This document shows positions 1 to 13,814 of a stretch of 64,000 nucleotides of DNA, piece by piece (positions within the stretch are counted from its first letter, which is position 1; every line of letters starts with the position of its first letter). The position numbers and the translations under genes were made by a program. Origin of the DNA: Lama guanicoe (lineage: Eukaryota); the NCBI GenBank assembly GCA_013239625.1, contig MU054323.1, positions 5,011,220 to 5,075,219 on the forward strand, given 5' to 3'. Below the pieces are notes generated by a model. That model saw only the letters and a list, made by a program, of their open reading frames with translations. It did not search any database and had not been told where the DNA came from.

Positions 1-244
1 TCTGAAGAAATCTTAGCAAGAACATATATTTTAGAGCAACTGCAGAGATTTTTTTTTTTTTCCAAAAGTGTGCTGAATGGAACCACAGGTTTCTCTGGTG
101 TGGTTAGGTAGCGCCTGGTTTTTGTCTGACAGGTGAGTACAGAAGTTTTCATGGAGCAGTGAAATGGAGCAGTTAGGAAGGATGATTGTGAGGAAGGTAA
201 ATCTAGAACACAAACCAAGCTCTGCCCGTCCAGTGCTTCATTCT

Positions 245-372
245 TCTGAGCTCCATTTCCTTCATCTACGTAATAAGAGCACCCAAGTTGAGAACTGTCT
301 TGAGCATAAATGATGTGATGCTTATTCCCTGCTTAGCAGCATCTGGCATAGGATAGTCACTCAAGAATCACA
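245..372 (+). mobile_element. MIR SINE fragment
   Basis: ctgagctccatttccttcatctacgtaataag...cttagcagcatctggcataggatagtcactcaa resembles the MIR core and 3' tail. Confidence 0.55.
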
Positions 373-2289
373 CAGTAAAATAAAATTAAGTAAATAGACA
401 ATAAACAGGGATGCCTTTCTATTTAGTGAACCGCTGTAGAGATTCACAGGGAGGATGCCGAGTAAAAGGCGTCTTTGACAAGGGGAACTCAGTGACTGTA
501 TGAAGTCTTACTACTTCGTGAGGGATAGGATGCAGCAGCTGCTCTTATTATAAGGATACCCAGGAACTCAAGAGAGAACCCCTCCACCTTCCACTTTGTC
601 TCCTAGATTTCTCAAGGTGATAAATGACAGACAGTTCCACGTGACCTTCTGTTTTCTTTCTGTGGTTTTACCAGTTTGCTTCAGCATGCAAAGGAACTTG
701 CGTGCTTAGAGGAACTTGCAAAGACACAGCCCCACCTATGTGTAAACATTAGGTAATTTATTTCTTCAAATTTCAATGACAGTTTTGGATTGTGAAAGGA
801 GGAGATAAAGGAACCAAAAAAAAAATAACATTCTTCATTTCTGTGATGAGGGTGGAGTTTGGAAACCACCAACAGAGGGAGTGACTGGGGTGTGGGAGCT
901 TGGAAAAACCTAAGGAGGTCTTCATCTCTGAGTCAAGCAAGAAGGGGCATTTGCTGACTCCTGTTGTGTAACACGTGACATTATATTTCTCCCAACCAAG
1001 TACGTTCTCCTAAATTGGGCCAAGATACCCCAGAGAGCCACCTAATTTCAGGAAAGGTAATACTTTATGTGTAGAACATATGTGACTTGGTGTTTTGATG
1101 AAAAAAAGTTACTGTTATTCATCGGTTTCTAGAACCATGAATATATGACTCTGTATTTGATTTAAAGAAATCTTGGCTTATTGCTATGCAAACTGTTATC
1201 CTTATCAGCCCCAGACCTTGACTCATCACCATCTAAGACAATTCTCAAGAAAGTAGACTAGAATATGAATATTACTACCGCACAGAAATTATTCTTAAAA
1301 CACTTGAGTAAAATTCAAGTACTTTTTTGCCTTTTTTCTTTTTTGAGAGAGGGGAAAAAATCCATCTCTTAAGGCAAGTTGACTAGGAAGGTTGTCTTCA
1401 TTCATTGACTTACCCACTGCCTGTATTTGACCTTATCAATAAAGGAAAATGTTCAAAATATAACCTAGAAATCGTTGTTACGACCACAGCTAGTGAAGGG
1501 AGGCAGAAAGTAATATAAAAAGCAAAATTATGACCTTTCTTGGATAAGCTAAGTTTCTACTCTGGAAGGAAAGATTGTGCCTTTAAAACATTTCCAATAT
1601 TTAAAGAAGCGTTTCTGTTGGCTAGAGCCAAGAGTAGAAAATTCTTTTCTTTTTTTAAAATTTTATTTGCTTTTCAGCAATCAGAATTCAGTTACACCTT
1701 GAAACCAAACATACAAAAACAAGAGCCACCATCATAACAACAAAAAAAATGACAGAATTTCTTTTGGAGGTTAGATCTGTTCAGTAAGTCCAAAATTTAG
1801 ATTCATAGAGGTAATCAATTCATAACTTCTCTCATGCTGATGCAGGTAACATCAATGATATAGGCTTTGCCAGAGATTGCCTGATTGACTTGAGGACAAA
1901 GAATGGAAATACTGGGACATGAATTCAACATGAAAGGTTTTAAAGAATTCTCTTGTTCCTTGAAGAAAGCCTACTTCTATCTTCAATGTAAGGCCCCGGA
2001 ACTCTGATGCTCTTTGCTTTCCCTTACTTTTGTGAGTCAGGGCACTCAACACTTGTTGGAATCAAAACGAAAAGTCAGTATCAGCTGGGTGTCAAAGTTG
2101 GTATCTCATTGAAATTTACTTCTGAGCAATAAAATGGTTTATATTCTGTTTGTTTTGCACAGTTTGGGCTTATTCACCCTTTTCCAGGACGAAGGCATTT
2201 ATTTTCGCATGAAAAATGAGAAGCATAATATTTGTGGAGATTTTTATAGTCAATATATGTAAAGGAGATACATTTCCAATGCAAAAATA

Positions 2290-2410
2290 CGCTGGTTGGG
2301 GGAAATGCTTGCATGTATTAATGTGCATTTTCCTGTGAGGGAATTTCATAGATTTTATCAAATTTTCAAAAAGTCTAGAGAGTGGAAAATGTTATTGAAC
2401 AACTGGCCTG
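2290..2410. mobile_element. hAT-Charlie-type DNA transposon remnant
   Basis: catagattttatcaaattttcaaaaagtc...aaaatgttattgaacaactg resembles the ...aaaggttaagaaccactg terminus of Charlie MITEs. Confidence 0.35.
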
Positions 2411-2717
2411 TAGGGAAACTCATCTGAATGATTAAACATAATAGAATCAATGAGTTAATAAGTACAGGAAGTTTAGATTTGGAAGAATATTAAGTAGAGT
2501 TGTAATTAATCTTTTAAATGCTATTATTAATAGAAGAGAAGGAGTGAAAAGGTTATCTTTTCTGAAGCTGCTCAGGAAATGTCAAGGGTTGGGACCATAT
2601 GCATCCAGTATCTCAAACAAATGAAGCCAATGAATTTTTCTATAAAAGAAAATACCTTCCTCCCCGCCCCTCTGCCAGGGTACATTAGATTTTGAAAGTA
2701 GGTACTTCATTAATCAG

Positions 2718-2855
2718 AGACACAAGATCACCTAGAGAAATGATTACAGTGCAGAGTCAGATTTGGTACATCTGGGTAGAGCCTGGGATTCTGCATTTCT
2801 AACAGGTTCCCAGATGAATCACTGCTGTTGCTCTGTCACATATTAAATAGCCAGG
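2718..2855. mobile_element. MER5A-like hAT MITE
   Basis: atcacctagagaa...tctgggtagagcctgggattctgcatttctaacaggttcccagatga matches the recalled MER5A core. Confidence 0.7.
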
Positions 2856-3789
2856 CTCAAGGCTAACAAAATAAATGCTGCGTGAGCAAAGAAAAGGTTG
2901 CATGCATTTTATCTGACTTGCTAATGTGTCTTGCTTCGGCCCTTGGTTGACTTTTCCTTGTTACCTGTACCCCAGGGCAAGCATCACTGCCTTATATCTG
3001 TATTATCGCCATGCATTATTATGTATTATTGCGTATACTAACTGTTCTTCCTACCTCCTACCCGTCCTCTTCTCCAAAATTATTAAGATCACTATTACTG
3101 CTTTTGTTATTACTATTATTTATGCTGTCTGCCATTGTCCTTTTTTTAAAAAATTAAATAAATAAATAAACCCTTCACAAATATAGGCTCACTAATCCAT
3201 CTGGCAGCCACATTAGTCAATTTGCAAAATATTATTTTTATCATATCACTTTCATGCTCCAAACATTTTAGCAGCTCCAAGAGTTCTCTTAGAATTGATT
3301 CAGATTTTTTTTTCTCCTGGATTCTCCCATTCACCATCATTGTTCAAGAGTCAGAACTTCTCAGATAAGGCAAATTTCAACTTTGTTCCATTGTGTATGA
3401 ATTGTACCGAATCTACCATTAGTTAACTAGTAAAAAGAGTAAGCTATTGATCATCTATACTCTAGAATATTTTTTCACCTATTCCCTAGTTGAAAGGCAA
3501 GGCCTTTATAATTTTGATAATTCTCTATGCACGAGAGAGAATACCTACCAGTCATTAAGATGCCTAGACTATTCTGTGTTTAAGAGTAGACGTGACTAAT
3601 AAAAGTATTCCAAAAACTCTCAAGGGGAAAACAGGAGGAGCTATTGGTACCAAGGATAAGTTGGCAGGTATATTCTAACTTTTCTTGTGTATCCCGATGA
3701 TATGTTCATCCATCCTCTGTCTTTGTTAATTGAATGGATTGTTATGACATTAAGTTAGGAATATCCTAAAATTATGAGAGGATGCAGTT

Positions 3790-4295
3790 TTCATGAACCA
3801 TAGACTCCTTGGGGAAAAAAGTATACATGTTCACAAATATTCATATCAGTGTTATTCTCGATAGCAAAAGGTGAAATAATGCAAATGTCCATTACCTGAT
3901 GAATAAATAAACCAATTGTGGTATATCCATACAACGGGAGAGTATTCAGCTCTAAAAGAGAATGCAGTACTGGTACATACGACGACATGGATGAAACTTG
4001 AAATCATGCTAAGTGAAAAAGGCCAAACACAAAAGGTCAGATATTATAGGATAATATTTATGTAAGATATTCAGAAGAGGCAAATCCACAGAGAGCAGAT
4101 TAATGATCACCAGGATCTGAGGGGTGAAGAAGCTGGGGAGTGGAGTTTCCTTTTGAGGTGATGAAATATCTCAGAACTGATAGCGCTGGTGATTTTACAA
4201 CATTGTAGATGTAATAAATGTCACTGAGTAGCATATATTAAAATGGTTAAAATGATGATTTTGTAGTATGTGAATTTTACCTAAATTCCAAAAAA
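3790..4295 (+). mobile_element. LINE-1 3' end (L1MB-like 3'UTR)
   Basis: caaatgtccattacctgatgaataaataaa...tgtggtatatccataca...acatggatgaaacttgaaatcatgctaagtgaaa...gtatgtgaattttacctaaattccaaaaaa. Confidence 0.85.
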
Positions 4296-4845
4296 TGTGT
4301 ATGTTTGAGAGAAGCTTCTGGTATTATATTATCTAGATCTCACTGAATTCCTTGGTCTCGGGAGGATTCTGAAATCTCCTGTAACTGTCAGCAGATTGCA
4401 CTTCTTCTCTTTAAAGTTACTGCCAGGATCTCAAATGGCCGAACGGTTGCACAGACATCCAGTTCCTCCATGCTAACCTGCCCAATTCAAACCAACCTGT
4501 CTAGAATTCTGGGCTTCTATAATGAGATTTTTTATGTCTCAGCCTTACTTCACATAGCTCCCCAGATTTAACCTCTGCTCCATGTAGATAAATCACCTCA
4601 GGATTCCATGACTGCATGAGCATTCACCTCCATACTTTTCCGTGAGGTTATTAACCCCAGCTGAAGTACTCCGCCCTCTCCACCAGACACGTCCTGTCCA
4701 TTCTCTAAGTCCTAGTTAAAGTTGCCTCAGCATTTATCACCACGCTTTTCTGAAAGATCTTGTTCCCTTCTGAACTGATGAGGTGTATCTAATCCTTCAC
4801 TCCTTTAAGTGTTGTCTGTGCTACTTTGTCTGCTCAACTGGTTCA

Positions 4846-5263
4846 TGAGAATTGAAAATTGAGCCCATCTGTGGTAAAATGACTCAGCTTAGACTATAGG
4901 CCACTGATCTCAAAATAACTCAGTTATTTGCTCCAAGAAAGCTGTGCCCAGAAAGGATAAGCTGTAACGTGATGAATAATTTCACAGCTTGCTTTACGAA
5001 CTTCCCACCGATCAATTTATAAGTGACACCTAGGAAAAAGCTTTCTTATTAACCACAGACTACTTATCAAGACATTCACTGTGCTGTATTGCTATTCTAA
5101 CAATTATATTACAAATGGTACCCCATCCCAATCAGTTCCCCCACCTTTAGAGATCTGCCTTAATTATGTAGGAACAGTTCTATCTTTCAGAGATATCACA
5201 GTAACAGGTTTTTGGAGACTTATATCTAACCAGAGAATCTATTAATATATATTGGTGGTGACA
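4846..5263 (+). mobile_element. Possible ERV1-type solo LTR remnant (MER110-like)
   Basis: Begins TGAGAATTGAAAATTGAG, contains cccaatcagttcccccacctt and ends ...ggtggtgaCA; no TSD seen. Confidence 0.35.
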
Positions 5264-5760
5264 GAGCAGAGAAGTCAGAGCTCATGTGGGCATGACCTGC
5301 TTCTCATGGTAGCAAAGTCTGCGTGGGAAACCAGATCATAATTATAGAACCATCATAGTATGTTATGAAATCTCAGAACAAAGTCTTTGGCTGAGGTGTG
5401 TCGAAGAATGCTTTTTGCCCTTTGAGGGAAGGTCCTGCCCATGGCACTCGAACATCCTTCCCTGCCTAAGAGGACATGAGCATCATTGGTCTCTCTGACT
5501 GTCTTTCTTCTAAGCTTTCTTGGATCCAAAACTCCTTCTGGCCAACATAATCTTTCTTAGGTATGTCACTAAGATACTTGAATAGAATTTCATCAACCTG
5601 GGAACCTTTCCTTTTCTTTAGAGTAGACTTGTATATGTCCCCTACATCTTCAACATGCTTTCTTCTGTTCCTCCCTGCATCTCTGTCTTTCTCATTATAT
5701 ATAGAGATTAGATGCAGATATAGTATAGACAGTATATGTGCATATATAGAGAGCTAGAGG

Positions 5761-5974
5761 TAGTTGGGAGGGGTTAGAGGCCGCAGACCCTCTGCAGAGT
5801 CGAAAATCCATCTGTAACTTATAGTCAGCTCATGGTTCCTCCTATCTGAGTTTCTGCATCTGCAGATTCAACTAAATGTGGATCAGGTAATACTCTAACA
5901 TTTACTATTGAAAAAAAATTCCATGTCTAAGTGGACCTCTGCGGTTTAAACCCACATTGCTCTAGGATCAACTG
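5761..5974. mobile_element. Tigger2-derived MITE (MER8-like, TcMar-Tigger)
   Basis: ggggttagaggccgcagaccctctgcagagtcgaaaatcc body; the right end gtggacctctgcggtttaaacccacattgctctaggatcaactg is the reverse complement of a Tigger2-type end and is followed by TA. Confidence 0.8.
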
Positions 5975-6089
5975 TATGTGTGTGTGCGTGTGTCATAATT
6001 TTCTACTTTAAAATCACATTCTTCCATCATGATTTGAATTCTATTCCCTCCCTATTAACTGGCTCTTTCATGTTGTCAATATTTCGTTC

Positions 6090-6292
6090 AACACATATTA
6101 CAAAATGCTTCTTATATTCCAGATACTATTCTGCAGCACAAATTCCCTCTTATTCTCATCACAACCTTTCAAGGTTGGCATTTCTACCTGACTTTTGCAG
6201 AGAGAGCGAGCATCACGACAAGGTTAAGTATAGTACAGATGGTAATGGCACAGCTGATATTTCAAACCAGGTTGTCCTGACTCCAAAACATT
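6090..6292 (-). mobile_element. MIR SINE
   Basis: ttattctcatcacaacc...aaggttaagta...ttcaaaccaggttgtcctgactccaaaac resembles the MIR reverse complement. Confidence 0.6.
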
Positions 6293-6329
6293 TTTTCTTG
6301 TTTGCTTTTTTTTTTTTTTCATGTTGTTT

Positions 6330-6472
6330 CTTTCCTCCATTAGAATGTAGTCTCTATGAGAGCTGGAATCTTGTCTCCATTGTGATGCACTATATCCCCA
6401 AAACTTCAGTGACTGGTCCATAGTATATATTCAATTAAACAGTAGTTAAATAAATTCATAAATGAATGAATC
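6330..6472 (+). mobile_element. L2 3' tail
   Basis: tagaatgtagtctctatgagagctggaatcttgtc...catagtatatattcaattaa...aatgaatgaat. Confidence 0.7.
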
Positions 6473-7339
6473 AATTCCCCTTCTACTCTCATGAATATAG
6501 AGGCCGAGAGTCTATTCTTCTGACCCCTTTGTTTTACTGTAGTCTGATGTCCCCACCCTACCCATTGCCACACAAATGACTTGTGATTCTTCCTTTTTCC
6601 TTGGAATTCATTAACTTGCCCAAAATATGCATTACTGTTTCTATTCATAGGTTTCCACTTGGCTTATTTTCAATTATTTCTCTTGAAATTATTCTTTCTT
6701 GAAAGACTCTGGCTATTGCTGGACCATTCTGTACAGGGGGTTGGAGGGGCACAATTTGGTGTATTTATCAGCCTCTACATGACCTTGGTGTTTCAAACAT
6801 CCTCAGGCCGAATCTAATGTATCGCTTGCCTCATGGGCACATATTATCCTTGCTTTCTACATTCACTAGCTTGGTGTGGTTCAAAAAGTCCCGTAGCTCC
6901 CAGAACCTCTGGGTTCAATTCACTTCCTCACCAGATTTTCTTCTAAGTGAACAGGTTATATTTTTTAGGCAATAGACGTAACTGGTAGGTATGTTTTTCT
7001 CCTTAAACTTCCCTCCTTCACCACTGAACGCTATTGAGCAATTTTTCCGCCGGACTATTTTTCAGCTCTTCTTTACCCCTTCCCTGACCCTGGATCTCAT
7101 AATGCTAATCAATAGATGGCTAGATATGCTTTCGGAGGAAATCCTTAAGCTGCTGGAAGCCTGCGGTTGTGCCTTTTGTTATGCTCTTTCTCTGAGGTCA
7201 TATTCATGGAATTTGGCAGAGGCGCTTTACATTTCTGATCTGCAGCAGTTTGCCCCTTGGAATTTGGTGCCCTGTCCCGACCTGCGCTGCCCTTGGCTTT
7301 TTATACTGTATCTAGTAGCTAATGTAAACTATAAGGAAG

Positions 7340-7485
7340 TTACTGCTTTAAAAAAAAAATACAGATTGCCAGGGCCCACCCTTGGAGATTCTGATCACAA
7401 GGCTGAAGTTGCATGTGCAAACGCACATTTTTAAAAGCTCCCTAAGTGATTCCGATGCGTGTCTAGTCTTAGCAACACCGTGCTG
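7340..7485. mobile_element. MER5-like hAT MITE
   Basis: aaaatacagattgccagggcccacccttggagattctgat...aagctccctaagtgattccgatgc. Confidence 0.65.
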
Positions 7486-7958
7486 CTGCGGTGGGTTTTC
7501 TTCACAGATGATGAGCCAAAACAACAGGTCCGTTTTGCTATCTTAGCTAGAAAGTACCTTATTATTATAGAGGTAGAGACTTGGCTTGGTTTATCTTTAT
7601 TTCCACCACATTGCTTGTGAAATAAAGAGTTAAAACATCTCATCAAAGCGTTCACAGATTTCCTGAGACCCGGACTTCTGTATCAGTAAAGAGCAAAGCT
7701 GGAAGTTAAACAGTTAAGTCAGTTTTCACCTAAACATAAACGAGGTAGAGAAAGAGAAAGCAGATTCTGCCCCTGGAGATCTGAAAGGACTTAAATGTTA
7801 GCACTAACATATTGAACCTAATTCTCAGCTCCAGAGGTAGTCAGGGCAGTTGCCCAAGAGATCAATGCTTGCTCTCCCCTGGGGACAGACGCACTCCTGC
7901 CTTTCCTAGTCCGTACCCCAAACCTCATTTCTGACCAACTGCCCAGGACGGAGAAGAG

Positions 7959-7979
7959 CTGCTGCTGCTGCTGCTGCTG
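7959..7979 (+). repeat. (CTG)7 trinucleotide repeat
   Basis: Direct read of 21 bp. Confidence 0.95.
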
Positions 7980-10900
7980 TTATTTTTTTCCTTCTTCTTT
8001 TGCTGCAAAAAATTCATTTAGGACATAACATCATAATTCTCCACTCCCACTCGTTTCTCTTCTTTCTGTGAAAATCAATAACCTATAGGACTGGATTTTA
8101 TGAAGGCTGAAGCAGTTAGGAGAAAATAAAGGAATGAATCTTTCGGCTCATCCTGTTTCACACACCCACCTGCTTACTGCCTTTGTGCCAGCCAGGAGGG
8201 ACTACAGAAACAACTAGGCATGGATGCTGTGTGCGATTTGATGGAAAGGGCGCACATATGCCAAACAGAGGGAGAGAGACAGACAGAGAGAGAACAAGGG
8301 AGCTGCATGAACTCAGGTGCCAAAGTTCTGGTACAAGACACTTGTTCTGTGATTAGAGCCCAACTGTTAAGCACATATTGACTAGCTGACTAAGTTAATC
8401 ATGCGTTCATAAAGGAATACAGAAATGGATATTCCACGGCAAATGAGAGAATTCTATATGGGAAGATATTAGAAATAGACCAGAAGTCTTTAACTTTCAT
8501 GTCAACAGTGCCAGGAGAAACTCTACTCCTCTGATCATAGGGTGTCATGTTCAAAATAGCACTGAAGGTTGCTTACTCTAACCGTGGTGTGTTGGGTGGA
8601 TAAGAGTCGGGAATAATAACTACCAGCAGTCCCATTTGGAGAATGGTCTCATACTTTAGACGTGTCATAAACATCAGCCCTGGGATAAGGACAAAGACAA
8701 TGGGGAGACGGGAACTGTGAGAGGTAGCATGGCAGAGAAAGAAGAGAAAGGATTTAGGAAAAGATTAGATTGTGGGACTAAAGACAAAGATTCCTGGGAA
8801 AAGACACTTCCCTGCATTTCAAGAAGTTACCTCTTCTGGGATAAATTTTCCATATGGTTAATCACTACCTTCTCTGAATTTTCACTGTAATTTGTACTTT
8901 CTTTTTTTTTTTTTTGGTAGAGTTTGCATTGGGGGCTTTATTGCTATTTATTTACTTTTTTATCTTTCTTTGTATTGGATTGCTTTCTTCTTTGGAAAAG
9001 ATATCTACTATCAAGCAAGCAGGAACTACACTGGTTCCAAGTATGGGTTAGAGGACTCTGGGAAAATTATCGATGAGAAAAGACTTGCTTGGTGTCAAGT
9101 GTTTTACACCCCTTTTAAAATGTTTTTTCCATTTTATCCTTTTGGGGGAAGCCAAAAGACAAGTTTCAAGAGTAAAACCAGAATTTACAACTAAGCATTA
9201 TAATCCAGTAGAAGCCCCACCTGCAGTCAGGGCACAGATGTATAAGTCAGAAGTCAGAGACAAAATGAATATATGACAGAAGGTCTAAGCCAGTGATAAA
9301 AATGATGATGATGATGATATATTTTGAGTATTTGCTGTCTGCAACACCGTGATATGTGCTTTACCTTGTTAATCCTCACATAAGAACTAAAAACAATATA
9401 TTCAAAATTAGAAAGCGTAAGTAACACACTATGTGGTTCTCCTCTCTCTCCTGAAGCCCATTAAAGTTACAATGAATACATTTAAAAATATGTATCTCAG
9501 GGAGACAAAGCAAGTAAAAGAGAATGCAAACATGGGCAGCATTTCTGCATTTTTTTCAATGATGGGAAAAGGCTGCAGAAATGCATATTGACTTGGCCAA
9601 ATGGAAGACGTTGTCATCTAAGCAGCTAACTCCAGAAATTTCTGCCCTTCCCTGATGGGGACAGAACTATCTTTACCAATGATGGTGATATTTAGGGAGA
9701 GAAATGACACAGACTTGGCCCAGATAAAAAGGAAACACCTTCTGTCCTACTTTCTGCCCCTTCTTCCCTTCTCCAAGCTCCTGTCCACCTTTCTGGTGCC
9801 CTCAGACCCCTCTCACAATCTCCACTCCAGCCTCCATTCTGAATCAGTGACATTTCCCAGTTTGATGAGCCCAAGGTTCTAGTCTTTTATAGCTCGGATT
9901 AACTTAGGTCTATGGAAATTACGGAGATACCACCTTCAGGTGTTAGTCCTTACATAATTGTAATTTTGCCCATTTTGACATGACCTTCAGTCCTAAAGGA
10001 TAAGATAGAAATTTCAAGTCTAATGACTAGCCAGTGTTTAGTAGGAAGAAAAACATTGGATTATGTTGGCATGCAATTAGGATGGAAATAATAGCAATAA
10101 TAGGAAAGCACAATATTAAATATGAAATTCAGTGAACTCAGAAAGAAACTGCTAAATATTTATTTCCCCCAATCTGAGTTCTAGGCTCCTCAAAGTAGAA
10201 TGTTTTTGACATTACGTCATGGTTCTCTTTGCTCTCTCTCAGTCCAATAATTGTGTTAGTTTTTCTGTTTTAAGAAAACAAGGTCTCAGACTTCGAGATT
10301 AGTCACAATATTTTTGACAAGAGGAAAATAGAAGTAAAAAAAGAAAGAAGTAAATAATGTATCTTTCCTCCTGTCTAGTACGTCAAATTTGGATAACTTA
10401 GGATAGTTTTTCTATGTTTGTCATTGACACACAAATTATCTGGAATGGGTGATTTGCCCTATCAAAAGATTATACCTCCCCCAAGAAGCTAGAATTGAAA
10501 ATAAAAAGGGAAAACAAAGTTTTCCCAGGAAAAAAATATCTATCTTGCTTCCACTAAAAATGCCCCTTCTTCTACCCCTCCTTTATCATTGTTAGGTGGT
10601 TATACTCCAGATTTGATGGGACAAATAAAAGCAATTGGACAATATTAGAAGTTACTGTAAATGCAAAATCTTTGGATAAATATGAGTCAAGCTACTTTAC
10701 TTGTATTCACAAGACATTTCTAAAAGCCAAAAATAAAAAAAATAAATAAATTAAAATAGTGCCTAAAGTCTATATTTTCACATCTGGAAGGAGCCTCATT
10801 TGTCACTGGGTTTTACCTTCTCCCATCATCCCTGATAAGTCATCACCCTGCCTAGTCTAAATATTTTCCAGTGAGGAGAAAACTCACCCCCACTAAGGAG

Positions 10901-12008
10901 GTGCAGTGGAGATGGCTTTAAATAGCACAGCATTTCATTTCTCTTATCTTTTCACAGGATTTATTCATTCAGTCATTCAACAGGCCTTGATTAAGAATCC
11001 CCTGAATACCAGGGTCTTCTCAGTTTTGTAACAATAGGATCTCCACATCCACCCGCTCTTGTGAGTTTGAGCCAATTGTTGATTCAATGGCAGGGTCAAC
11101 ATTTGGCAACTCTTTTTATCCAGATCTGCATCTTCTGTTCTGGGCCAGGGTGTTTGTGGTCTTCAGCTCTGCAGAGCCTTCTCTCCAAAGAGACTTCTAA
11201 GCTTGGGCTAGTATCACCGCAGTGAGACCCATGTAATCCTGACCACAAGGTTCGTTAACACAAACTCATTAAACACACGCCGGATTCTGGAGTAGACAGG
11301 CAGAGTGAGGCAGTATCATCTAATTTACACATGGTCTCTGCCTTTTAGAGATTCATTGTCCAGGAGAATTCATAATAAAAATATTAAGTATCAAAAGGAA
11401 AGTATACCCAGTGTGCAATGGGCTTACAAAATAAGAAACTACTGCTGCAGACCAGGAAGTCTTCAAGGGGGTGATGGCCATTTGAGAGTCACAACTGCTA
11501 ACAAAAGTCTGAATCCACGTGTGAACTTGAGACCTCAGAGTCTCCACTTTAAAAGGGGGAAAAAAGTCCACCTTTCTTTCTTACCTCATGCAAGGATCCA
11601 CAGAGAGAATGGAGAGGTAAAAATGGATGTGATAATTTACAAGATTCAAGGGACGTTTAGATGCCAAAGAAGCAGAAAGTCTTTATAGAGCCCAAAGCAC
11701 ATACAGGAATCAGCACCCAAATGTGGTAGAGATTGAAAATGCAAATCACCCAGAGGATTATTTTAGAATTCCTTGGCTCTTTATCTGGATGTGAAAGACA
11801 CACATAGAGAGAGAGAAGATTACAGCCCCTACCTTGGAATGCGCCATGTGCCCCCCACCCCCACTGCCCACAGATGGGCTCCTCAAAGCCACGATACTGG
11901 GAGGTGTGACCTATGGCAAAAATTCTGGAGCCATAGTCCTCTGTAACTTTGGCATGCACCTCAAAGCCTCTGAGGTTACTGTACCCATCAAAGCAAAGGA
12001 ACTGTACT

Positions 12009-12117
12009 TACGGTGACCAAACACACCAGTTTTCCTGGAACAATCCTGGTTACTAGCAGCACTCTTAATTACTCTAAAGCTATCCCTGTTTGGATGGTTA
12101 ATTATATGGGCACCTTA
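12009..12117. mobile_element. MER81-like hAT-Blackjack MITE
   Basis: ~110 bp with imperfect TIRs ggtgacca...tgggcacc and internal ccagttttcctggaacaatcctggtt and tccctgtttggatggttaattata. Confidence 0.7.
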
Positions 12118-12459
12118 ACTATACCCTGCTTTCCATAGGACATGCAGAAGTAGACCACAGACACCCATTTCCCTGTGAGCAGAGTACCAAGCAAAGCCAT
12201 GAGGGCGGATTGAAGCACAGTTGTGGAGAAAACAAAACCTGCTAGAAATACCTCAGGCAAAAAGCTTTCCCATGCTTTGCAAATAATGAGCTGTTATCAA
12301 TTCAATCTGGCTTTGTGCTAGCTGGTATTTGACCCTGCAAACACGTTTTTTTTTTTTAATTTGCTTCATCGGGTTATCAGCTGTCTCAAATTTAAATTAA
12401 AAGCTTCAGGAAGACAACTCATGTGACATAATCAAGATGATGCCAATGATAAGAAGAGG

Positions 12460-12665
12460 GCATACACGCCTTATTTCACTCCTTACAAAGAATTCATGAC
12501 CATTATTTCAACTGATTCTCAGTTGTCCATGAGTACTCCTAGTGTTACAGTCGAAGAAACTGACTCCCAGTTCATTATTAAGCATTAGCTGGTGTTGAAT
12601 CAATGGTGCTAGGACTTACCCAGTTCCTCTGACTACAAATTCGAATCCCTGTCCACCAGGCTGTA
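12460..12665 (-). mobile_element. MIR-family SINE, degraded
   Basis: ttacagtcgaagaaactgac...ggacttacccagttcctctgactacaaattc. Confidence 0.45.
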
Positions 12666-12779
12666 GCTGTTTTTGTTGATAATGATTACAATCACAACAA
12701 TCAGCAGCGTGACAGAAGTGGAAGGAGACCCGGAGACTTAACAGGCTCTTTGGAGACTCTAAATCATCTTACAGATTTT

Positions 12780-13170
12780 TCCCTTGCCGGCCCCCAACCC
12801 TCACCCAGGTTCTTTCTCCTGCCAGCCATTTACTCCAACCTGAAAGGATTTTCCTTAACCAGCCTCATACCCTCCGTGTGTTTTTCAGGTCCTTGCCTCC
12901 TCCAGGAAGCTTTCCTTGGTGTCTCTGGTCCATGGGGATTTTTTTCTTCTCTAAGCACTTATGCCATTGACTTAAAGAACTACTCATTTGGAAACTTGAG
13001 TTGTTGACTATTTTTATATGACTAGTTTCGTTTCCCTAATACCTTTGGAACTCGCTGTGGACAGACTCTACTTGTTCATTGCTGTGTCCCCAACCCCTTC
13101 CCCGACCCATCCTGACCCCCCGGCAAGGCTTTGGTAAGCAGAGTAAGCCCTGACACAGAAACGTGTGACA
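12780..13170 (+). mobile_element. L2 3' region, degraded
   Basis: cctcctccaggaagctttcc...gtggacagactctacttgttcattgctgtgtcccca. Confidence 0.45.
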
Positions 13171-13674
13171 CAAGGTGACTGAATCCTCTTGGGAAGTCCT
13201 GGCAGCACTGTCTCCCTGTGAAACTCTCTCCCCTTGACAGAGACTAGGCTCCTGATGTGTGGTGAAAGGAAACCAGGCTCAGGGAGCCCCGAGGGGAGGC
13301 CTCTGCCCTTTGCCCGCTCTGCTCCTCTTGTATCTGAGGACCAAAGGGCTTTTGCCCAGGGCAGGTGCAGGGAGGCAGCCGTGAACCCACCTCCCCACTG
13401 AAAGCTCTTTCCCTGAGGCTGGAACGTGCTGATAACTGTGACAATTCCTGAGTCCTAATGTGTTTAATCTGTAACCATCCTGTGGACTAAAAGCCTCAAC
13501 CCTACCACAGGCTGTAATGTCCATCCTTGTGGGGTTTTAATATCAATCATGACAGACTCTGTCATTTCAAAACTGTTAATTTACCTTCTATTTCAGAATG
13601 TTGGAGAAATCTCAGAGGGAGAGACCGGGGCAGGCACACAGTTATTAAAAATCTATTCCACCATTAAAAGACAA

Positions 13675-13758
13675 TGTATGTGTGTGTCTCTGTGTGTATA
13701 CACACATGTGTATACATATATGCACCTGTGTGTATGTATAGATACATGTACATACATA

Positions 13759-13799
<41 letters not shown>
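13675..13799 (+). repeat. Compound TG/TA/CA microsatellite ending in a perfect (GT)18 at 13762-13797
   Basis: Direct read. Confidence 0.95.
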
Positions 13800-13801
<2 letters not shown>

Positions 13802-13814
13802 TCCTATTGTAACG

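Noticed and set aside
5980..6423. 147-aa ORF
   Set aside because: Non-ATG start; it runs through MIR, a T-run and an L2 tail; no protein similarity recognised.
6991..7434. 147-aa ORF with ATG
   Set aside because: The 3' end lies in a MER5 element, the composition is Leu/Phe-rich as expected from T-rich DNA, and no family is recognised.
7959..7979. (CTG)7 as a coding polyGln/polyLeu tract
   Set aside because: It is not within any listed ORF or evident exon, and it is short.
13597..13675. Possible 79-nt plus-strand exon (tttcag|AATG...CAAT|gtatgt)
   Set aside because: The donor is weak and arises from the start of the TG microsatellite; the peptide is unrecognised.
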